From contig CAZPUN010000013.1 in assembly GCA_964589775.1 (NCBI GenBank), positions 30,001 to 62,000 on the forward strand: a DNA stretch of 32,000 nt, read 5' to 3'. The DNA comes from an uncultured archaeon. GTDB taxonomy: Archaea > Asgardarchaeota > Thorarchaeia > Thorarchaeales > CAZPUN01. Numbering within the stretch: position 1 is the stretch's first letter; each line of letters opens with the position of its first letter. Made by a program: the position numbers and the translations under genes. The notes beneath the pieces were generated by a model that had not been told where the DNA came from, did no database searches, and was given only the letters and a program-made list of their open reading frames with translations. Shown here piece after piece: positions 26,210 through 32,000 of the stretch.

Positions 26210-26572
26210 TTATAATTCGGGATTCTTTTCTTCCTCTTTTTCTACAAATATTCCCTTTATTACTAATTCGGAATTACATTTTGGGCAATTTCCGACGACT
26301 TTAAAGATGTAATCATCATCTTTGAAGTTTCTTATTTCCTTAAATCCGCAAGATTTGCATATTATAAGTGTATGTGTTTCAGGTTCAGGTTCTTCCGTAG
26401 TCCTCTTTGTTCCTGTTGATAATAATGTAAATGCTGTGGAAATTAGTAATAAAGCTATAAAGAAATTCAAATAATCATCTTGGGGATTTCCAAAAAACAA
26501 AAAATAACTTCCCAATGACATCAAAATGAATGCAATAATGGTTGTTATTAGTGATTTTATGTTGACTTTCAT
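26210..26572 (-). CDS. Membrane protein with C-terminal Zn ribbon
   Basis: Two TM helices, then CKSCG...DDYIFK...CPKC; follows the DUF1512 gene. Confidence 0.8.
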   Translation of the reverse strand: MKVNIKSLITTIIAFILMSLGSYFLFFGNPQDDYLNFFIALLLISTAFTLLSTGTKRTTEEPEPETHTLIICKSCGFKEIRNFKDDDYIFKVVGNCPKCNSELVIKGIFVEKEEEKNPEL

Positions 26573-26573
26573 T

Positions 26574-27689
26574 TTATATACCAACTCCAATTGTATTTCC
26601 AATTCCAGCTAAGATTATGTGATCACCTGGTTTTGTTCTTTTCAATATCGCTTCTTCTATTGTTTTTACAATTTCATCGACAGTGTCCAATATTTGTTTA
26701 TTCATTGTACCTACTGCTTCTGCTTCTGACTGTTTACATACTATTGCATCGATTGGTATGTTTCTTTCTGTTGCTGTTTGTTCAATTGCATATTTTTCCG
26801 GCCCTGGATCACCAATAGCGGCTCCGACACCCTCTACAATCGTTCCCGTCTTTTCGCCTTCTAGTTTTAGTGCAGCATCAACAGTTATGATCCGTTTAAT
26901 TTCATTTTTATGAAGATCTATCATTTTTTTAATAGCAAAACCTGGTTTTCCAACTCTTCCTCCCGGTCCAGTAGCGCGAATAACATATATTGTTCTTCCT
27001 TCAAAATTCACCTGATAATATCCAATTTCTTTTTCAAAGTTGTCATGATATTCAGGTGCATTATGTTTTTTAGCAAAGGTGGTAACTGATAATGGGCCAA
27101 TACTATCTCCGATGGGTTTTCCTTTTGAAAATGGATCTATTGCTTTTGCATATGATTTCGCTAATCTCATAATGTCTGCTAATTGCATCTGTAATTGCAT
27201 AATTATTAGAGTACTTCCTGTCTTTTTACCTAAAATCCAATAATGTCTTACAATTCTAAAAATTAAATTTAATACCATAGCTACTTCGACTGTATTTTCT
27301 AAATTGCTCCGTGTAACTTCATTTGCATTTGGTGCAATGTCTTTGATAAATTCTTCAAATCTTTCTTTTCGTGTCTCAATTAAATGCTCAAGTCTATCTA
27401 AAACACCTGCTGGATCTTTATCAACAGGTTCTATTGTAAAGAATTCCAAGAATTTTTCAAATTTTTCTTTTGGATCTTTTCCTTCTTCAGTATACTTCTT
27501 TATGACTTCTAGCGCCTTTTCTTTGCTATTTATCATCATTATTCGTAATTCTATTAAAGCAGATTCTATTTGTCTTAACCACATATGTAATTGAAATTTT
27601 TGACCGTATAGAGAAAATACTATTATAAAGACTAAGAATGCTATGTTTATAATCCAACCAAAATCTGATGTATCATTAAGAAATTGCAT
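26574..27689 (-). CDS. DUF1512 family protein
   Basis: IEPVDKDPAG, VRHYWILGKK, PIGDSIGP, DAALKLEGE, GIGNTIGV. Confidence 0.85.
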   Translation of the reverse strand: MQFLNDTSDFGWIINIAFLVFIIVFSLYGQKFQLHMWLRQIESALIELRIMMINSKEKALEVIKKYTEEGKDPKEKFEKFLEFFTIEPVDKDPAGVLDRLEHLIETRKERFEEFIKDIAPNANEVTRSNLENTVEVAMVLNLIFRIVRHYWILGKKTGSTLIIMQLQMQLADIMRLAKSYAKAIDPFSKGKPIGDSIGPLSVTTFAKKHNAPEYHDNFEKEIGYYQVNFEGRTIYVIRATGPGGRVGKPGFAIKKMIDLHKNEIKRIITVDAALKLEGEKTGTIVEGVGAAIGDPGPEKYAIEQTATERNIPIDAIVCKQSEAEAVGTMNKQILDTVDEIVKTIEEAILKRTKPGDHIILAGIGNTIGVGI

Positions 27690-27767
27690 TTTACCTCACT
27701 TGTTCTTCTAATTTACTTGCATAATTTCAATAAATGAAACTTATAAAACTAGTTCTGATTGCATTCG

Positions 27768-27845
27768 TGGTGGGCTGGGGGAGATTTGAACTCCCGACCT
27801 CTTGAGCCCAAGTCAAGAATCATAGCCAAGCTAGACTACCAGCCC
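27768..27845 (-). tRNA. tRNA-Pro(TGG), no intron, CCA encoded
   Basis: GGGCTGG/CCAGCCC acceptor, CTTGA-CTTGGGC-TCAAG anticodon arm, TTCAAAT. Confidence 0.96.
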
Positions 27846-27846
27846 A

Positions 27847-27939
27847 TGGAGCCCCGGGCGGGACTTGAACCCGCGGCCTCCTCCTTACCAAGGAGGCGAT
27901 TTGGCCCTTTACTTGTCTAACCAACTGAGCTACCGAGGC
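27847..27939 (-). tRNA. tRNA-Thr(GGT) with about 16-nt D-arm intron (27901-27916)
   Basis: GCCTCGG/CCGGGGC acceptor, CCTCC-TTGGTAA-GGAGG anticodon arm; extra 16 nt in the D arm with only a relaxed BHB; 1 nt upstream of tRNA-Pro. Confidence 0.85.
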
Positions 27940-27991
27940 AACGTGTTCATTCATTTTTCTTTTGCTTTAAAAATCTTTTTTAAATGGTATA

Positions 27992-28193
27992 TGGTGGGGT
28001 CGACGAGATTTGAACTCGTGACCATTACCCCGAATTGCAGCGTATGCAATTCGCACAGGTTTCTCAAGGCTTGCCTCTCCAGAAGTTCATCATCTGATCA
28101 TCAGCAAACCTGTGTTGGCGCACAGCCTTCTGGAGCCTGCCGCGATTCAGGGCTTTTGGTATGACCAAGCATACCTGACTTCGCCACGACCCC
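27992..28193 (-). tRNA. tRNA-Trp(CCA) with three introns: 21/22 (28146-28171), 37/38 (28061-28129), 43/44 (28025-28054)
   Basis: Removing 26, 69 and 30 nt at BHB-like junctions gives a 77-nt cloverleaf with GGGGTCG/CGACCCC acceptor and GCAGG-CTCCAGA-CCTGT anticodon arm. Confidence 0.9.
28061..28129 (-). ncRNA. Box C/D guide RNA inside the tRNA-Trp 37/38 intron
   Basis: ACAGGTTT-G-CTGA (guide to C39), ATGATGA, CTTCTGGAG (guide to C34); same layout as the known euryarchaeal pre-tRNA-Trp intron guide. Confidence 0.82.
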
Positions 28194-28355
28194 ATCTATA
28201 TTCATCAAATAATGAGTTAACATTATAAAATAAACATTTCGATAATATCCTATCTGGGCGCTTTATTTTATGGCGCCTGTATATAATCTAAATTATATAC
28301 TTTGTGCAATTAAAGAAAACTTTATTTACAAAACTTATGATACTATGAATCGGTA

Positions 28356-28472
28356 TGCTGGCCATAGGTGGTGGTGATACGCCTGTTCCCATCTGAACAC
28401 AGAAGCTAAGACCACTACCGGTCCGCGTAGTAGTGCGGTGCGCGAGCCCGTGCAAGCCGCGGATAGCTAGCA
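28356..28472 (+). rRNA. rrf: 5S rRNA, unlinked to 16S/23S (ends approximate)
   Basis: Helix I TGCTGGC/GCTAGCA, GGCCATAG, CCTGTTCCCATCTGAACACAGAAGCTAAG, GCGAG loop. Confidence 0.93.
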
Positions 28473-28587
28473 GCCATTCTCTTCTTATTCTAATATCTCT
28501 GCTTATTAAATGGCATGAGATAACTATATCCAAAAATATACCTAACAAAAAGATTTAAACATAAAATATAATAAAATAAGAGTGTGT

Positions 28588-28726
28588 GCGGAGGTATCCA
28601 AGCCCGGTCAAAGCCTGTCGGCTTACCGACGACTACCTCTGAGAATGGGGTCAGGCGATCTAAGGAGCCAGACTTAAGATCTGGTCGAGTAGTCGTTCGC
28701 GTGTTCAAATCGCGCCCTCCGCACCA
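28588..28726 (+). tRNA. tRNA-Leu(TAA) with 51-nt intron at 21/22 (28612-28662)
   Basis: GCGGAGG/CCTCCGC acceptor, CCAGA-CTTAAGA-TCTGG. Strict BHB: GGTC/GATC helix, AAA and TAA bulges, GCCTG/CAGGC stem. Confidence 0.94.
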
Positions 28727-28762
28727 GCTTTATTCTCATAAATCTTTACAAATAGTTCAGGA

Positions 28763-30094
28763 TTGATGTCTTTGGTCGATTACATTGGTAAAGCCAAATC
28801 CGTAGTGGATAAATTTGGTATTCATGTTGGAGATCTTATTGAAATAAAAACCAATAGTGGCTCATATATTGGAAGATTACTCCCTCGATCTCATTATGAA
28901 GGCGCTGATGAATTTATTGTTGTTAAACTAACAAATGGTTATAATATTGGTATTTCTGTTGAAAAGATAAATTCCATAACTCTATTAGAATCTCTTGAAA
29001 ATAAAAAGAATGAGCCTCCTAAAACATTTCAAAAGAAAAAGGATTTACCTCACGTGGTTTTGATAAGTACTGGTGGTACGATATCTAGTAAAATCGATTA
29101 TTCTACTGGTGCTGTTAGTCCTGCATTAACGGCAGAGGATCTATATCTTGCAGTGCCTGAATTAAAAGAAATTGTAAATATTGAAGTTGATGTTTTATTT
29201 AATGAATTAAGTGAAAATATATATCCCGAGCATTGGGAAAAACTTGCTGAGCGCATATTTCATCATATTGAAAATGGTGTTGATGGAATTATTGTGGCAC
29301 ATGGCACTGACACATTAGGTTACACTGCTGCAGCTTTGAGTTTCGCGCTTCAAAATCTTCCAGTTCCAATAGTTTTGGTAGGTTCTCAACGTTCGAGTGA
29401 TCGTCCTTCCTCAGATGCATTTATTAATTTACGTTCGGCAGCTGTTGTTGCAGGTTATGCAAATCTTGCAGAAGTTGTTGTTGTAATGCATTCAACAACT
29501 AGTGATGATATTGTTGGGGTATTCAGGGGTACAAAAGTTCGAAAAATGCATACAAGTGCACGAAATGCATTCGTATCTATTAACATACCTCCTTTGGGAT
29601 TTGTAAAAGGAATGAAATATATTGAGAACATTGCTCCAATTCGTACTCGAAATAAAAATCGTAAAATTTTATTGAAGAATAAATTTGATAAAAAAGTTGC
29701 ATTAGTTTATTCCTATCCTGGATTGTTATCGGATATTTTCACTGAACTAATAAATAATAGGTATTCTGGAATCCTTATTGCAGGTACTGGTCTTGGGCAT
29801 ATATCAAATAGGCTTCATAAGGTTCTCAAGTCTGCGATTGAAAATGATATTGTTATTGCGATAGCCTCCCAATGTATTTTTGGTCGCACAAATTTGAATG
29901 TCTATAGTACTGGAGTAAACCTGCAAAAAATTGGAATAATTGAATCTCAAGATATGTTTCCTGAAACTGCATATGTAAAATTATTGTGGGCGCTTTCCAA
30001 CTATTCTAAGGACAAGGCAATTTCTATTTTCCAAGAGAATATAGTTGGTGAAATTATTGGTCGTACTTATCCTGAAACTATTTTTAATAGGTGA
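28763..30094 (+). CDS. gatD: Glu-tRNA(Gln) amidotransferase subunit D
   Basis: KLTNGYNIG, STGGTISSKIDY, HGTDT, GSQRSSDRPSSD, RKMHTSAR. Confidence 0.98.
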   Translation: MMSLVDYIGKAKSVVDKFGIHVGDLIEIKTNSGSYIGRLLPRSHYEGADEFIVVKLTNGYNIGISVEKINSITLLESLENKKNEPPKTFQKKKDLPHVVLISTGGTISSKIDYSTGAVSPALTAEDLYLAVPELKEIVNIEVDVLFNELSENIYPEHWEKLAERIFHHIENGVDGIIVAHGTDTLGYTAAALSFALQNLPVPIVLVGSQRSSDRPSSDAFINLRSAAVVAGYANLAEVVVVMHSTTSDDIVGVFRGTKVRKMHTSARNAFVSINIPPLGFVKGMKYIENIAPIRTRNKNRKILLKNKFDKKVALVYSYPGLLSDIFTELINNRYSGILIAGTGLGHISNRLHKVLKSAIENDIVIAIASQCIFGRTNLNVYSTGVNLQKIGIIESQDMFPETAYVKLLWALSNYSKDKAISIFQENIVGEIIGRTYPETIFNR

Positions 30095-30099
30095 GATTA

Positions 30100-31986
30100 A
30101 TGAATTATTCTGAAATTAAGTTAAAAGTTGGTCTAGAAATTCATCAACAATTAGACACTAAAACGAAATTATTCTGTGAATGTCCAACAATATTACGTGA
30201 TGATGATCCTTCTGGTGTATTCATAAGAGAACTTCGCCCAACAATGAGCGAGCTGGGTATAATTGATCAAGCTGCAATATTTGAATCTAAAAAGGTAAGA
30301 AAATTTGAATATGAATTTTATAATGACTCAACTTGCCTAGTTGAACTTGATGAAGAACCCCCACATGCATTAAACGAAGAGGCAATAGATATATGCCTTA
30401 CAATGGCTTTGTTGTTAAATTCTGAACCACTAGATGAAATTCATGTTATGAGAAAAATTGTTATCGATGGTTCAAATACTTCTGGTTTTCAAAGAACATC
30501 GATAATTAGTATGGGCGGTTCTGTTTCTGTTGGCGACATTAATTGTAGAATACAAACTATATGTCTAGAAGAAGATGCAGCCAGAAAAATAAACGAAGAT
30601 ACTAAAAATGGAATTGTGCGTTATAGATTGGATCGCTTAGGTATTCCACTTATTGAGATTGCAACTGCACCCGATATTCATACTCCTTCTGCAGCACAAA
30701 AAGTTGCATTACGAATCGGAAAGTTACTAAGAACAACCGGTAAAGTAAAACGCGGCCTTGGAACTATCAGACAGGATGTAAATATTTCCATCTTAGATGG
30801 TCCAGTTATTGAAATTAAGGGAATTCAGCAGCTCGATCTGATAGAGAAAGTTGTCGAAATTGAGGCGAAAAGACAACTTGAATTAATCAATATTATGAAT
30901 GAACTAAGAAAGCGTAATGTAACTGCTAAAGATTTATCGAACGAAAAACATGACATAACTGATTTATTGCAATATTCGAAATCAAAAATTATCAAAAGAG
31001 CATTAAAGCAAAAGGCAAAAATATTAGCTATAAAACTAAACGGATTTAGTGGCTTGTTGGGCCGAGAAATACAACCTGGTAAGAGATTTGGAAAGGAATT
31101 GGCATATTATGCTGGCTTTTATGGTGGTGTAAAAGGAATTTTTCATTCAGATGAATTACCTAATTATGGAATTACGCAAGATGAAGTTGATAAAATTAAG
31201 AAATTTCTAAATTGTAGTTCGCAAGATGCATTTGTACTTGTTGCTGCGCCTAAAGTATCTGCTGAAAAAGCATTAGATGGTGTCTTTGAACGTGTTCTTA
31301 TGGCTTTTTCTGGAATTCCTGAAGAGACCCGCAAAGCTGAATCTGATGGTACAACTTCATATTTGCGACCAAGACCTGGCGCAGCCAGAATGTATCCCGA
31401 AACTGATGTTCGTCCTGTTATTATTTCTAATGAACGCATTAATAAAATTAAAGATAATTTACCTGAACTTCCAGAAGAAAAAGTCAATCGATATATCAAA
31501 GAATACAATTTAAATGAAGAATTAGCTGATGAACTTGTATCTTCTCCAGATTTTATATTGTTTGAAAAGCTTTTGAGTGACGTTGACATAACTCCAAAAA
31601 TTATCGCTACATATTTACTAAATACGTTCAGGACTTTAAGGCGAAATAACATTCCTGTTGATGACATTCCTTATGAACGTATTGTACAAATTCTTAAACT
31701 ATTAAAAGATAAAAAGATCGCAAAAGAGGCGCTACCTGAGATTACCGAAAAAATCGCATTGAATCCTAAAATCGAAATTTCCAGTTTTGTATCTTCAATA
31801 ACAATATCAGATCTTGATAAGATTATTTCAAAAATAGTACAACAAAAACATGATTTTATTCTCGAACGAGGTGAACGTGCATTAAGTCCTCTTATGGGTG
31901 TCGTAATGAAAGAAGTGCGTGGTAAGATCGATGGAAAAACTGTACGTGAACACTTGAAAAAAGCTATTGATGATGCACTAAAGTAA
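30100..31986 (+). CDS. gatE: Glu-tRNA(Gln) amidotransferase subunit E
   Basis: GLEIHQQL...KLFC, RKIVIDGSNTSGFQRT, DRLGIPLIEI, RPRPGAARMYPETD; ATG 30100 after AGGTGA SD. Confidence 0.98.
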   Translation: MNYSEIKLKVGLEIHQQLDTKTKLFCECPTILRDDDPSGVFIRELRPTMSELGIIDQAAIFESKKVRKFEYEFYNDSTCLVELDEEPPHALNEEAIDICLTMALLLNSEPLDEIHVMRKIVIDGSNTSGFQRTSIISMGGSVSVGDINCRIQTICLEEDAARKINEDTKNGIVRYRLDRLGIPLIEIATAPDIHTPSAAQKVALRIGKLLRTTGKVKRGLGTIRQDVNISILDGPVIEIKGIQQLDLIEKVVEIEAKRQLELINIMNELRKRNVTAKDLSNEKHDITDLLQYSKSKIIKRALKQKAKILAIKLNGFSGLLGREIQPGKRFGKELAYYAGFYGGVKGIFHSDELPNYGITQDEVDKIKKFLNCSSQDAFVLVAAPKVSAEKALDGVFERVLMAFSGIPEETRKAESDGTTSYLRPRPGAARMYPETDVRPVIISNERINKIKDNLPELPEEKVNRYIKEYNLNEELADELVSSPDFILFEKLLSDVDITPKIIATYLLNTFRTLRRNNIPVDDIPYERIVQILKLLKDKKIAKEALPEITEKIALNPKIEISSFVSSITISDLDKIISKIVQQKHDFILERGERALSPLMGVVMKEVRGKIDGKTVREHLKKAIDDALK

Positions 31987-32000
31987 ATCTCATCATCAAT

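Noticed and set aside
28256-28278. Small GC hairpin GGGCGCT/GGCGCCT between tRNA-Trp and 5S
   Set aside because: 7-bp stem with two G-U pairs, single copy, no supporting context.
27865-28766. ORFs at 27865, 28288, 28490 and 28584
   Set aside because: They overlap tRNA and 5S genes and show no protein features.
5533-31667. Numerous antisense ORFs (e.g. 5533, 6828, 23669, 31164)
   Set aside because: Shadow frames of confidently assigned genes with no independent motifs.

Overview
AT-rich archaeal chromosomal window. Gene content (Orc1/Cdc6, TFE, PAN, pelota, GatDE, archaeal DnaG, DUF1512, DUF2110) and non-canonical tRNA introns suggest a TACK/Asgard-type lineage; this is inference, not a classification. 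The left end is a replication origin: a partial orc1/cdc6 gene, three ORB elements and an AT-rich unwinding region. Two uncharacterised genes (a winged-helix protein and a Cas2/VapD-like protein) sit between the ORBs. Each ORB carries an ACATATGT-core palindrome on its G-string side, and eight TGTGAAT repeats cluster near cdc6. Next come iorAB, acdA, a Tfx-like HTH gene, hypF, an orphan ExeA-like AAA+ ATPase/ribbon-helix-helix pair and an orphan atpD. The remainder is a housekeeping block for RNA, translation and proteostasis, with SRP RNA, 5S rRNA and six tRNAs (four intron-containing, including a triple-intron tRNA-Trp). An unannotated ~210-nt structured ncRNA locus lies downstream of pan. 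No CRISPR array, transposase or integrase was seen. All calls are from manual reading; no searches or folding programs were run.
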